From contig NW_021832103.1 of assembly GCF_006345805.1 (NCBI RefSeq), positions 1-33,172 of the forward strand: a stretch of DNA of 33,172 bases, given 5' to 3'. The translations under genes and the position numbers were made by a program. The notes beneath the pieces were generated by a model. It searched no databases, was not told where the DNA came from, and was given only the letters and a program-made list of their open reading frames with translations. This DNA is from Octopus sinensis (taxonomy: Eukaryota). Positions 11,066 through 23,990 of the stretch are shown piece by piece. Every line of letters begins with the position of its first letter. The first letter of the stretch is position 1.

Positions 11066-11121
<56 letters not shown>

Positions 11122-11254
11122 AGAGATAAATACATATAGTCGGACGTACGCATAACATTGTATACAAATATGAAAAAGTCAAAAACAAAATTAAGAAACA
11201 TAGCACCATCCATCCATCCATCTATTTATCTATTTATCTATATATCTATCTAAC

Positions 11255-11295
<41 letters not shown>

Positions 11296-11339
11296 GCCTA
11301 CCTACCTACCTACCTACCTACCTATATACCTACCTATCC

Positions 11340-11393
<54 letters not shown>

Positions 11394-11400
11394 ATATCTT

Positions 11401-11471
<71 letters not shown>

Positions 11472-11500
11472 GTCTGTCTATCTATCTATCTATATTTATA
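11000..11500. repeat. (TG)n, (GA)n and compound (CATC/TATC/TGTC/CTAC)n microsatellites
   Basis: Direct read; short unique spacer at about 11130-11210. Confidence 0.9.
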
Positions 11501-11959
11501 TTATGTATATACATATTCACGTGTATATAGCTTATATAGCTATATAAGTACACACACATACACACACACGTATACACACGCGCGCACACATACAGACACA
11601 CACACGAACACAAGCACATAGCTACGTTCGCTTATTTTCCCTTCCTTCCACATCTAACACAACATAGTTCATTCCAATATTAACTGTGTCACTACTGAGA
11701 CAAGCGCTTTAAGTATTGGCAAATCCTTTTATTTATGGGCCAGTTCTTTGTTTTAGCAGAAAAAAAATACGTTCAACAGCGGAAAAGACCTAATTGACAT
11801 TATTAAAACGAAATGGAGTTGGTAACCAGTTGGAAGTGAATGAGAAATGAAGCTGAAATAGCGAAATACTGCAAAAGTTATCTGGTGCTTTCGTATTAGC
11901 ATATGTTGCGGCGACAGTGAAATTACTATATTTGATGTCACACAATAGTGTTATGTTAT

Positions 11960-12162
11960 AACGTGTGTATATCTGTTTGTACGTGTGTGTGTGTGTGTGT
12001 AAGTGTATGTGTGTGTATGTGTGTGTATGTGTGTATGTGTGTGTATGTGTGTGTGTGTGTGATTGTTTGATGCCGTAATTTATATATATATATATATAAA
12101 TATCATATATATATATATTATCATACCTATACATACATACATACATACATATATATATATAT

Positions 12163-12205
<43 letters not shown>

Positions 12206-12339
12206 TATATTATACAATATATATATGTATATAGTAGCTTTTAATTTATGCAGGCGTTTAGGCACAAAAGCTGCGTACTATGTATATACGTTATTACGTG
12301 TATATATAATATATATATACATATATATATATATATTAT

Positions 12340-12413
<74 letters not shown>

Positions 12414-12585
12414 TACATACATACATATACATATATATACCATACATACACACATATATGTATATACATACATATACATATACATACATATAATATATAT
12501 ATATGTATGTGTGTGTATGAATACATATAAGGTTGTAGAGATTATATATATATATATCTATATATTCTATATATATAGATATATT

Positions 12586-12618
<33 letters not shown>

Positions 12619-12620
12619 AC
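11960..12620. repeat. (TG)n/(TA)n/(CATA)n low-complexity tract
   Basis: Direct read. Confidence 0.9.
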
Positions 12621-12879
12621 ATACAACACATAAGTATGCGTTATGTGATATGTTATAGGGGTGCGTGTATATAGTTGTGTGAGTATGTATGCGAGCTGGT
12701 GTTCCAGTTGTAGGATGTGTTTGTGTGTATGTATATGAGCATGTATTTGTGAGTGCCGTTGTTGTGTATAGATATGTGGGTATTTAATGCTGACCCATAG
12801 GGAAAATGTTACAATATGTGTGTGAAGGTCATTGCGTCTTTGTGCGTGCATGCGTGTGTGTTTGTGAGTGCCTAGCTAT

Positions 12880-13183
12880 ACGTACGTATGTATGTATGTA
12901 TGTATGTATGTATGTATGTATGTATGTATGTTATGTATGTATGTATGTATGTATGTTTGTATGTATGTATATATGTTTGTATGTATGTATGTATATATGT
13001 ATGTATGTATTTCTGTATGTAAGTATGTATGTATGTATGTATGTATGTATGTGTATGTATGTATGTATGTATGTATGTGTGTATATATGTTTGTATGTAT
13101 GTATGTATATATGTATGTATGTATTTCTGTATGTAAGTATGTATGTATGTATGTATGTATGTATGTGTATGTATGTATGTATG

Positions 13184-13216
<33 letters not shown>

Positions 13217-13489
13217 GTGTGTGTATGTATGTATGTATGTATGTATGTATGTATGTATGTATGTGTGTGTGTATGTATGTATGTATGTATGTGTGTATAT
13301 ATGTTTGTATGTATGTATGTATGTATGTATGTATTTCTGTATGTAAGTATGTATGTATGTATGTATGTATGTGTATGTATGTATGTATGTATATATGTAT
13401 GTATGTATGTTTGTATGTGTGTGTGTATGTATGTATGTATGTATGTATGTATGTATGTATGTATGTATGTATGTATGTTTGTATGTATG

Positions 13490-13523
<34 letters not shown>

Positions 13524-13560
13524 TGTATGTATGTATGTATGTATGTATGTATGTATATGT
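12880..13560. repeat. ~680 bp (TATG)n microsatellite with higher-order variant repeats
   Basis: Direct read; it explains ORFs 12806-13573, 12868-13587 and 12872-13564. Confidence 0.96.
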
Positions 13561-13909
13561 ACAAGTTGTGTAGTTCAGTTCCTATGATAGGGGTGCAGAA
13601 ATTATTGCTCTATGTATGTTTCTTTTGGTATATCTGCGCATGTGTGTGTACGTGATAACGTGACAGCATGACTTTGTGTAAATCATCATCATCATCATCA
13701 TCATCATCTTCGTTGTTGTCGTCATCATTGTCATCGTTTTTCCCGTCCGCTTTTCCATGCTGCTATGGGTTGGATGGGACTTTTCTATTTGAAACAGTGT
13801 TTTAGGACCGGATATCCTACTTAAAAACCCACTCTTTTAGGTTCCCTTTCACATCAAGCAGGCAGGAACACTAAGTATCTCTTTGAAATATAATATATAT
13901 AATAAATAC

Positions 13910-14035
13910 ATAATAATAATAATACTACTAATCTACTAACTACTAACTACTACTAACTACTACTACTACCTACTACTACTACTAACTACTACTACTACTA
14001 CTCTACTCACTACTAATAATAATAATGATAATAAT
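13910..14035. repeat. (TAA)n/(TAC)n trinucleotide tract
   Basis: Direct read. Confidence 0.9.
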
Positions 14036-14582
14036 AAGAGAATCGGGATACGCACTTTGTGCATGTGTGTGTATATGAATGCATACATCCTAGATGTCAA
14101 AAAAACCCAAAACAACCAGACAAGAAAGGAAACGCGTGATAATCATATGTAGAACATCTCTTTGATTATCCGTTTGCTCGATCGAAGTCGACCGAGGGCT
14201 ACAAAACAACAACAACAAAATACCAACAACAGCAACATCAACAACAACCATAACCACAACAACAACAATAGACATAACTACTAGTACCGTTGCTGCAACA
14301 AATTGAAATAATGCATAGATCTAAAGAAAAGTTTATTGTTCAATCGATTCGTCGCTCTGTCAGCGTTTAGGGCCATCAACCAATCGTTATTAGCCGGGTC
14401 CTGAACGAATCTTTTCCCTGCAGTAAGCGGTTGGGTGAGAGCAAGTAGTATTTGAACTCAGTACGCAAAGAGTGAGAACAGAAAGCGCAAAGCATTATGT
14501 GTATGATGTTCGAGACACTAACAGTTTTGTTAATCCATGGGACTGGATTGTTATTTATCAAGAGAGCCTCTACATCAGGGGT

Positions 14583-14814
14583 TACTCTTTTACTCTTTTA
14601 GTTGTTTCAGTCATTTGACTGTGGCCATGCTGAAGCACCGCCTTTAGTCGAGCAAATCGACCCCAGGACTTATTCTTTGTAAGCCTAGTACTTATTTTAT
14701 CGGTGTCTTTTGCCGAACCGCTAAGTTACTGGGACGTAAAGACACCAGCATCGGTTTTCAAGCGATGTTGGGGGGACAAACACAGACACACAAACGTACA
14801 CACACACACACACA

Positions 14815-14861
<47 letters not shown>

Positions 14862-15023
14862 CGACGGGCTTCTTTCAGTTTCCGTCTACCAAATCCACTC
14901 ACAAGGCTTTGGTCGGCCCGAGGCTATAGTAGAAGACACTTGCCCAAGGTGCCACACAGTTGGACTGAACTCGAAACCATGTGGTTGGTAAGCAAGCTAC
15001 TTACCACACAACCACTCCTACGC
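14583..15023 (-). mobile_element. Family B SINE, full length
   Basis: Same head, CORE-like block, internal microsatellite and tail as 4240-4675. Confidence 0.93.
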
Positions 15024-15879
15024 TTAAAGCAATTTTTTTCAGAGCCTCTTAAAATACCATTGTTGACCTACAGTTTACTATTTTGTTACGTCCCCCACAC
15101 CTCCAAATCTTATTTGGACCCTCAGGGGCCATATGGACTTCGGATGAGAGCCACTGCTCCACATGATCGAGAATCTGCTAGATATAGCAACGCTAGATCT
15201 CCCTCAAGTCTTACCATTTTCATTAAAGAATAAGCACATTGCTTGCTGAAGATGATGTAGCCCTACTTAATCCCCTAAAAATACGGGATGCTTTTCGTTT
15301 TGGTAGGTCTGTTTGATAATTTAGATACTTTAACGGTTGTTGCTAATTGAAATGATAATGTATTCAAAACCTGCATGGATCTAATTTGTCTTTTATCTCA
15401 GAAGATCTTTACTACAACAAATACTAATTTAATAATATCAAGTTAGATTCAATTGCCTGTTCTTCTTCCTACAAAACTGCATGGCCCGGTGCCAAAAATC
15501 AAAATTTACCATTGTTGTGGTTCCTTCACAGGAATTTATTTGTTATATATTCTTATTTAAATTCTATCTTTTACTGGTTTCGCTCATTGGACTACGGCTT
15601 CTTGGCTTCTTGAAAATGTAGAAATAGCAGCCAAACCCACTATCGGTCATAAAAAGGAATGTTACTATGGATAATATTGTACTCAATACAGAGAAATAGT
15701 GGTTAGCCATGGCTAGCCAAGTTCCAAATAAATTCAGATAAATTGGCCCTGATCAATCAAACATCATTTCAGTTACTGTTTCAATTTATCTGCTATTTCT
15801 AGCCGGTCGAAGATCCACATTGAATATCTCCTCTCAGTAAACTGTAGTTGTGTTATGCTGTGAATTATTCTCTTTAGAA

Positions 15880-15970
15880 TGCTGCTGTAGCTGTGTATCC
15901 CCCGATCAGCCCTGATCGAGCAGGATTAATATCAAAGGCGTTCCAGCAGTGACTATCACGTCGTTTTATT
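15880..15970 (+). mobile_element. Fragment of family F repeat
   Basis: gccctgatcgagcagg...atcaaaggcgttccagc matches 10393-10435. Confidence 0.5.
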
Positions 15971-16202
15971 TCCTATATGCAGGGAACTTAGGAGATCGAG
16001 GACATCATCCAGTGGCACTTTAAGCTCGTTGGTTAGGGACTTGCATATTTTTTGGTTGAACTTATGAAAAATGCTATACACATTAGTATGCACAATAGTA
16101 AACCGATGTATAACACGTAAATATATTGCGCGCACACATACATACAGTCAAACATTAACACCCACATATACACATAAATGTATGTATACATATATTCATT
16201 TA

Positions 16203-16553
16203 CGAGGGGTGTTGAAAAGTTCCTGGCTTTGGGTAAAACAATATACAGGAGGATGAGTTAATTATGATTTCATCCAACATATTCCCCTTTCAGATTCACA
16301 CACTTATTGCAACGGTCCTTCAGTTTTTCTAAGCCCTATAAAAGAACTCGGAAGGTAGGGCCTCCAACCAGACCTTTCACGATACCCTTAAAGCCCAAAC
16401 CCTTTAGTCACCCTCTCGTATATCACGTTTGTTAAATTTTTTTCTCTTGATCCTTCAGATTTTCTAAGCCATGTAAAAGAACACGGAAGGTTGGGTCCCT
16501 AACTAGGCCTTTCGCGATGCCCTTAAAGCCAGGAACTTTTCAGCACCCCCTCG
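16203..16553. mobile_element. Tc1/mariner-type MITE with TA target duplication
   Basis: Left TIR cgaggggtgttgaaaagttcctggcttt (16203-16230). Right TIR aaagccaggaacttttcagcaccccctcg (16525-16553). TA on both sides (16201-2, 16554-5). No transposase. Confidence 0.9.
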
Positions 16554-16794
16554 TACATATGTGGATGTTAGTTTGTGTGCGTATGCGTGTACATATATGC
16601 AAGATACAGCAGAAAAGTCTCCAACGTTTTACAGGATTGTTTTTATGGTGCTAGTGAAATTAGGCAGATGGTAGAGACGTGTTCGTGTAGCTAACGATTT
16701 ATCTTTATTTTTTCGGTTACTCTCGTGATTTGAACCGTTGCACATCGCACGTTTGAAGAGGGATCGTATATCGAGAATGCCTCACCCTTCATTG

Positions 16795-16835
<41 letters not shown>

Positions 16836-17454
16836 TGTAATATACAAACACGTACATGTATGCATCTGTAGTTATATACATATACATTCGTACAAATGTA
16901 CGTCTGTAAATAAATTCTGAGAATTAGGGAAGGAAGCTGTCTATGTGCGTGTTTATGTGTGTGTGTGTGCGTGTGCGAGAGTGTGTGTGTGTGTGTGTAC
17001 GATTAATGTGTGTCAGTAGATTCTGCTAATCAGAGAATGAACATATGCTGAGCAGGAAGTTATGACTTTTCAGTTATCGTCAAGTAACAGTTACATCCAC
17101 TGGAAATATTTCGTCGTCAAATCATTTCATGCACACACACATGGACACACAAACATATATAAATATATACAAGCACGCATACACACACACAGACACACAC
17201 ACACTCACACACACAGACACACACACACTCACACACACACACTCTGTCTACCCTCTTCATTCTCACACATACATTGATATACATATATATATAGACTGTG
17301 TGAGTATAGACGTTTCTGCAATAATTTCATGACGAAATGTCTTTAGTTCACTTTGTACGTGGCTAGTATTTTCATTATTTTTATAGTCAGCTTCCAACAG
17401 ATATACAATACATACATACATATATGTATATAGTACATACGTACATACATATAA

Positions 17455-17524
<70 letters not shown>

Positions 17525-17617
17525 AATGTATATAATATGTAAATGTATTAAAGTCCAGTTACATATGTCCAGTTATAACAAAAAGATTTTTACATTCGAC
17601 AAAGATTTCTCAATACA

Positions 17618-17681
17618 TTACTCTTTTACTCTTTTACTTGTTTCAGTCATTTGACTGCGGCCATGCTGGAGCACCGCCTTT
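17618..17681 (-). mobile_element. Family B SINE 3' fragment
   Basis: ttactcttttactcttttacttgtttcagtcatttgactgcggccatgctggagcaccgcctt is the family B tail. Confidence 0.88.
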
Positions 17682-17827
17682 ACATTGTATATACTTGTAT
17701 ATACATTGTATATACTTTTACAAGAAAAGTTGTGCTAGAGACTTCAAAGGAAAAGAACAGTCTGAGTAAAGTCCAGTTATGTGAGAATGGATTAATGGAT
17801 CCTAAATAACTGGGTTTTTCTTCGACC

Positions 17828-17870
17828 TTTTTCTTCTGAAGATGAGCACTTGCACCCGAAATATAAAAGT
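17828..17870 (+). ncRNA. Highly degenerate hammerhead-like motif
   Basis: tt-CTGAAGA-t gagc actt gcacc c-GAAA-ta-TA-aaag. Core and GAAA are present but stems I and II are mismatched. (TA)n follows about 70 nt downstream. Confidence 0.25.
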
Positions 17871-18206
17871 TTTATTAAACTTTCCGCATTGTCAGAAGCG
17901 CACTCTTTTCTCTCCTTTTACATTCTTCGATATATATATACATAAGGATATTATTGTTTTTACTTTTCAATAATATCAGAGGTTAGCATGCGTAAAAACC
18001 ATAAAGGCAAAAATTATTAATTAATAATGAAGGGTACTACTAGTAGTACACAGTATGCTAAAAATAGCAGTCAAAACGACTCAAACTTTTGGCCGATACA
18101 AAGTTCAAAATCTATGTGATACGGATATGTTTGATTTTCATTTTCGATTCTTTTCATCAATGGTACGGGGTCTTAGAATTATTTTGCTCGTTACCTCGAT
18201 TTCATA

Positions 18207-18352
18207 AAGGCTCCCACACAGTTTCCGCTTACCAAATCCCCTCACAAAGCATTGGCGAGCACGGTGTAATAGTAAATAACACTTGCCTAAGGTGCCGTGC
18301 AGTGGAACTGAACCAGAAAACACGCAGTTGCAAAGCGAGATTCTTAAACACA
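18207..18352 (-). mobile_element. Diverged family B SINE 5' half
   Basis: cagtttccg..accaaatccc.tcacaaagc...acacttgcctaaggtgcc.tgcagtggaactgaacc aligns to the B head. Confidence 0.7.
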
Positions 18353-19552
18353 CTGAGATTTCGCAGTTATTTCTAGCATGCCAACCGACCACATAAAAAC
18401 TCAATCGTTAACTTGAGAAATAAAAACGTTTGTCATTAAGTCACTATTCTCAATAGTATACAGCTATGAAAGGCAGACTAATTGAATTTCAGACGCGACT
18501 CAATCGGCATATCTGATTAGATTTGCAATGATTTCAAAATTTGATACTTGCTGGAATGAATACGTATATAATATTCCTTAAACAGTCTCAACCAAGAAAC
18601 TTGATTTAGACTCCTGCCGAAGAATCACATTTTGATTGCTTCTCAAAACGTACTCGATGTACTAACAGCACATTTCACCTTGTTTAAAAGTGCAAACCTT
18701 TTAAACTTCGTACACACACACACACACATACACACGCACATGCACACACACACACACGTAATTTCGCTGGTTTCAGCCAGAGGCTGTGGTCATACTGGGG
18801 CAACACCTTTAGTGTCATTATTTTCTTTTTTTTTTTGATTTCACACCCACTTCCCGGAATTACTTCTGATAAAATAGAAAGTTGGGCAGTGCTACACTTC
18901 TTTGTGTTTCCAATATGTGTGTGTTTATATGTACACACACACACCACACACACACACATACACAAACACGCTCACACACACACAGGTACACACATTTGCT
19001 TTGCTTTATCTAAAAGTGCAAATAATGCAACTACACACGCATGCCCCTGGGGGCGACAACGAAACTGCTTTGTATATAAGTCTGCTGGTAGTGAACGACA
19101 TATACTGCTAATATAAAAATTGTATTTGTGTTCGTTTGAGAAGCAGGATTATTTCCATATTGTCAATTTCAGAAACGAACGTTATCCCTAACAGAGTGAA
19201 AAGAAAAAATGGCGTTAAGTTTCAAAAACGATTGTTATCCCTAACGGAGCGAAAACAAGGCGTTATGTAATGAAACAAAAGGATAGGGCGAAATATGCAG
19301 AATTAAATTGTAATAATATGAAAAAGGAGTGTTGTATTAAAAGTGATAACTTTACCTTTGAAATTTATTTAACTCTTCAAATAAATCGTTCACTTACCTG
19401 CAATAAAAAGAGAAACAAAATTAATATTATGAATGACAAAATTAATATTGCGAATAACAAAACTGGAATAGAAATACAGAAATGCATACAAACATATCGT
19501 GGGACGGAGTATTTTCAATTTTTTTTTTGAAATTCCTCAATATTCTATTCTA

Positions 19553-19950
19553 CTTTTCTACTCTAGGCACAAGGCCCGGAATTTTTTGTAGAGGGTGGGC
19601 AGTCGATTAGATCGACCTCAGTACACAACAGGTATTTAATTTATCGGCCCCGAAAGTATGAAAGGTAAAGTCGATCTGGGCGGAATTTGAACTCAGAACG
19701 TAAAGGCAGACGAAATACCTATTTCTTTACTACCCACAAGGAGCTAAACATAGAGGGGACAAACAAGGACAGACATAGGTATTAAGTCGCTTGTATCGAT
19801 CCCAGTGCGTAACTGGTACTTATTTAATCGACCCCGAAAGGATGAAAGGCAAAGTCGACCTCGGCGGAATTTGAACTCAGAACGTAGCGGCAGACGAAAT
19901 ACCGGTAAGCATTTCGCCCAGCATGCTAACGTTTCTGCCAACTCACCGCC
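19553..19950 (-). mobile_element. Family A SINE (two internal units) with TSD
   Basis: Full head to tail. Probable TSD aaattcctc(a/t)atatt at 19530-19544 and 19954-19968 (14/15). Confidence 0.93.
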
Positions 19951-20064
19951 CTAAAATTCCTCTATATTAAACACGTTGTTGGTTATCTCTATAAAAATGA
20001 TGAATTTTGAGAACCTTGTTACAAGTTATGTAAGAGAGCAATGGTATCGCTGTTTTATTATGTC

Positions 20065-20430
20065 TTAAAATTCCAACGAGGTCGACTTTGGCTTTCCTTC
20101 TTTCGGAATCGATAAAACTAGCACCTGTTGAGCACTGGAGTCGATGTAATCGTCTTATACACTCCCCCAAATCTCAAATTTCAGGTTTTGTGCCTAATCA
20201 TAGAAAGGGTTATAAATTTTAAAGTTTTCAGAATCGTTAGCGCAACGGAAAATCTCCTAGAAGCACTTGTTTCAGTTCTTTACGTTCAGAATTTAAATCC
20301 CGCCTTGGTCGATTATGCCTTTCATCATTTTGGAGTCGATAATATATGCATTATTTGAGCACTGGAGGTCAAAGTAGTCGATTTGTCCTCGCTCGCAACT
20401 GCTGGTCTTGTGCCAAAATTTGGAATCCTT
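20065..20430 (+). mobile_element. Two old, diverged family A SINE copies
   Basis: gaggtcgactttggctttcc..ctttcgg.atcgataaa (20080-20115) and agaatcgttagc...gcctttcatcattttggagtcgata (20230-20340), each ending in a ttgtgcc-type tail. Confidence 0.7.
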
Positions 20431-20441
20431 ATATATATATA

Positions 20442-20847
20442 TCTATAAACGGTAAAATGTCTGTGTATCTGTATGCCTGTGTCTGTGTGTCCTTTATACA
20501 AATCCACAGGTTTTCACGTAAAAGGCATTTTCTAAGGGCTTTCAAAACTGTCTGAGGGTGGTCGTGAAGATCTTTTCATTTTCGCAGTCACCCCAGAAAG
20601 CCATTAAAAAATTCGATAAACCGACCCCTTATGCCCATCAGTTATGGGCATATTGGCATTGCCGAAGTCCAATGAATATTAATTATTCTCATAAAAAGCT
20701 CCAACTAGCTCATAAACAACGAAACTGGTCCGGGCTGAAATGCGATAAGAAACTTAGCTCTTGATATAATGAGAAATTTTTACTGCGACCCGGCAACGAA
20801 CAACAAGCACTAGCACTAGATCCGGCAACGCCGGGTCATAGAGCTAG
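20442..20847 (+). mobile_element. Non-autonomous Helitron
   Basis: 5' A|TCtataaacgg...tgtctgtg. 3' hairpin ccggc-aac-gccgg (20822-20834) followed by CTAG (20844-20847). Both termini resemble those of 24573-24955. The 3' flank is G, not the canonical T. Confidence 0.75.
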
Positions 20848-20899
20848 GAAGACTTAAAATCCTAGACCAAACGAATATTATAATATAAAAATGAAGGTA

Positions 20900-21310
20900 T
20901 GCTCAACTGATTAGCATCCTGTCACTACATCTGATTCACACCGTGCTCTCGGTATCTTCTCTAGCTACTACTAAGCATATTATTGCTCGGAGTTAACTGG
21001 TCTCGTATTTCTCCTACTCAGGCGCCATTTAGTCACTCGCATTTCCACCTGTCGTCACCCTCGTGGTTTCTACCCCCTATCCCTCACTAACCATTATGCT
21101 CGATCGATCCTTCCTCTTCATGATATGGCCCCGTCAACCCCACGGAATTCTCTCCCTGATCATGTAGCTGGTGCAAGTATTGAGCCGCAAATATTTCAAC
21201 ACAACATCAACGTTATCAAGCTCACGGACCTCGGAGGTTCTGCAGGCAAATTATTCGTCAAAACTCAGCAAAATATATAAATAAATGAATGAATGAATGA
21301 ATAAACAAAT
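20900..21310 (+). pseudogene. Decayed C-terminus of a CR1/Jockey-group LINE ORF2 with (TGAA)n-like tail
   Basis: Frame 20975-21277 reads YYCSELTGLV...TRISTCRHP...NHYARSILP...RNSLPDHV...QIFQHNIN. This matches the LINE ORF2 C-terminal pattern YY..CS.EL..LV...TR.ST..HP...SF.P....WNSLP..V...FK. It is followed by aataaatgaatgaatgaatgaa. Confidence 0.65.
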
Positions 21311-21399
21311 TAATTAATTAATTAATTATTCAATATTTGCAATGTAGCAACTACTATAGAAAAATACGCGCACGCACATATGTAACAGAAAAAATATGA

Positions 21400-21608
21400 A
21401 TTTGTGTGTGTGTACAGATAGATAAATATATAAGTGTGTGTGTGTATATATATATATATAAATCTAAATGTGTTTATATATATATATATGCATACACACA
21501 TACACACACACATATATATGCATACATAATATATACGTCTGTGCACACATGTACAAACATATTAGACAGCTAATGATGGATATTTTAATAACTGGGTTTT
21601 CAGAGAGA

Positions 21609-21686
<78 letters not shown>

Positions 21687-21820
21687 GAATGCATATGTAT
21701 TGTGTTTATATATATGCATATGTATATATATATATATATATTATATATTATATATATATATTATATAATATATATATAAACATGAACACACACACACACA
21801 ACATACACACACAACACACA
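21400..21820. repeat. (TA)n/(CA)n low-complexity tract
   Basis: Direct read. Confidence 0.9.
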
Positions 21821-22299
21821 GTTACCTTATATTGACTTTGGCTTCATAACGGTAATCTGACCATGCTATACTATAATTATTTACAGACTATATGTATCAA
21901 AATTGCGTCTAACCTTACAACTAACTCCGCTTAGGATCAGAAATGACTATGTATCTATATAATCCCCTGCAAAGGACACCACAGCAAAAATAAAACAACA
22001 CGAAAACAAAATACTACCCATAAACAAAATGAATAGACATAACTAGAGAAAGAAATCTAATTTAACATAACTAAGGAATTACCTTCGTCAGCTGCCAAAC
22101 GTATAGGATAGTGATTTCGATAAACAACGTGGGTATATATAAATATACAGAAAATTTATATAATTGTATAGACACAGCATGCGCCTTAAAGGTGTCATGT
22201 TTCTTAAATTATGTACGTGATAAATATAGAACATAAAGTCAGGGAAATTTTAGACAACAGCCTGTATTCTTGGTCCCAATTCATTAGGACGCGCATAGA

Positions 22300-22462
22300 G
22301 ACACACACACAACACACACACACACACACACACATTAATATATACAGGAAGAGAAAGATATACATCTATACATATAATCTATACAAATATACGTATACAT
22401 CTGTACATGTATGTATATATACATGTGTAATATATATGTTGATAACTATGTATGTATACGTG

Positions 22463-22495
<33 letters not shown>

Positions 22496-22998
22496 GTATA
22501 TATAGAAAGAGAGAGGGAGAGAGAGAGAAATACGCACACACCTATACACACTGACACAACACACACATATATATGTATACACACATACACATATATATAC
22601 ATAAATATATATAGAGATATACATATATAAATATATGTATATATATATATCTATATCTATCTATCTATCTATATATATATGAATGTGTATATATAGATAT
22701 ATACACGTATATGTATATATATATGTATATATATATGTATATATGTATATATATACACACATATATACATATATATATATAATATAGACATTGATAAATA
22801 TATGCATAGGTATATATAGAGGCACACACACACACACACACACACACACTCTCTCTCTCTCTCGCACTCACACACGCACACAGGCATATATACACGCACA
22901 TTCTTAGATAAAAACCATCCATCATTTTTAACCATGCAAATATGAAGACTCCTAAGCATCTATATTCAGGAATAAAATATACTCACGCATACATATAG

Positions 22999-23032
<34 letters not shown>

Positions 23033-23792
23033 GTATATATATACATAGAACATACGTACATATGTATAAAGCACGACTGTGTTAAGGATTAAACTGGAAG
23101 AAAATCGTGTCTTTAGTATAGAGTATGGTTGAAAAGAAAAAGTTGTTCCTTTTCTCAGAAACATACACCCATATATACACATGTTGCGTACACACACACA
23201 CACTGTCACACACATACACGTATACATAGTCGTACAAATATGTCGTGAGAGTACGTGTGTAGGTGTGTAGGTGTGTGTGTGTAGGTGTGTATGTGTGTGT
23301 GTGTATGTGTGTGTGTGTGTTGAGTTCATGCCGGGAATTCAGTTCATAGAAATTACTGTCAGATATCTTGTTAAATATATGTATGTATTGAAGTATGTAT
23401 GTGCTTAGGTATGCATGCGTGCATGTTCTTATATATGTATTTATGTATGTATGTATGTATGTATATATGTATGTGTCTATACATAGACGCTTGAACACAC
23501 ATATACAATACAATACATATATGTATACGTGTATGTATGATATTATATATATGTATCTATATATATATTTGAGTAGTAAGTACTATATAATAGTGTGTGT
23601 ATATAAATATATTTGAGTAAATATATGTATAATATATATATATATATGCATAATGTGTATATAATTAACTATATATAGATATTATATAGATATATAATAT
23701 TATATGTATATATATATATATATGATATATATATATTTAGTATAATATGTATATGTATACATATATATATAATATATAATATATATATATAG

Positions 23793-23826
<34 letters not shown>

Positions 23827-23892
23827 GCACACAAACATACGTACACATATACTTACAGAAATTGTAAATATATTGTAAACTATAGATAACTA

Positions 23893-23940
<48 letters not shown>

Positions 23941-23990
23941 TATAATATTATTGTGTGTGTGTGTGTAAGTGTTCGCGTGCGTGCGTATAT
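22300..23990. repeat. ~1.7 kb compound (CA)n/(TA)n/(TATG)n/(GA)n low-complexity region
   Basis: Direct read; short unique spacers only. Confidence 0.88.

Noticed and set aside
11757-11821. Exon candidate QKKNTFNSGKDLIDIIKTKWS (and similarly 3614-3660)
   Set aside because: Weak donors, unrecognised peptides and no compatible partner exons; not supportable without RNA data.
12806-13587. 230-255 aa ORFs (MYVC/YIHT repeats), and the similar ORFs at 293-640, 22211-23616 and 32105-32782
   Set aside because: Translations of stop-free microsatellites, open in several frames and on both strands; no protein signal.
19181-19245. gttatcccta as an I-SceI site or a mitochondrial 16S NUMT
   Set aside because: Only about 10 of 18 nt of the I-SceI site match, and the flanks do not extend similarity to 16S rRNA.
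20975-21280. 101-codon open frame with a good acceptor (21021) and AATAAA as a terminal host exon
   Set aside because: The translation matches the C-terminal pattern of CR1/Jockey-group LINE ORF2 and is followed by a (TGAA)n-like LINE tail.
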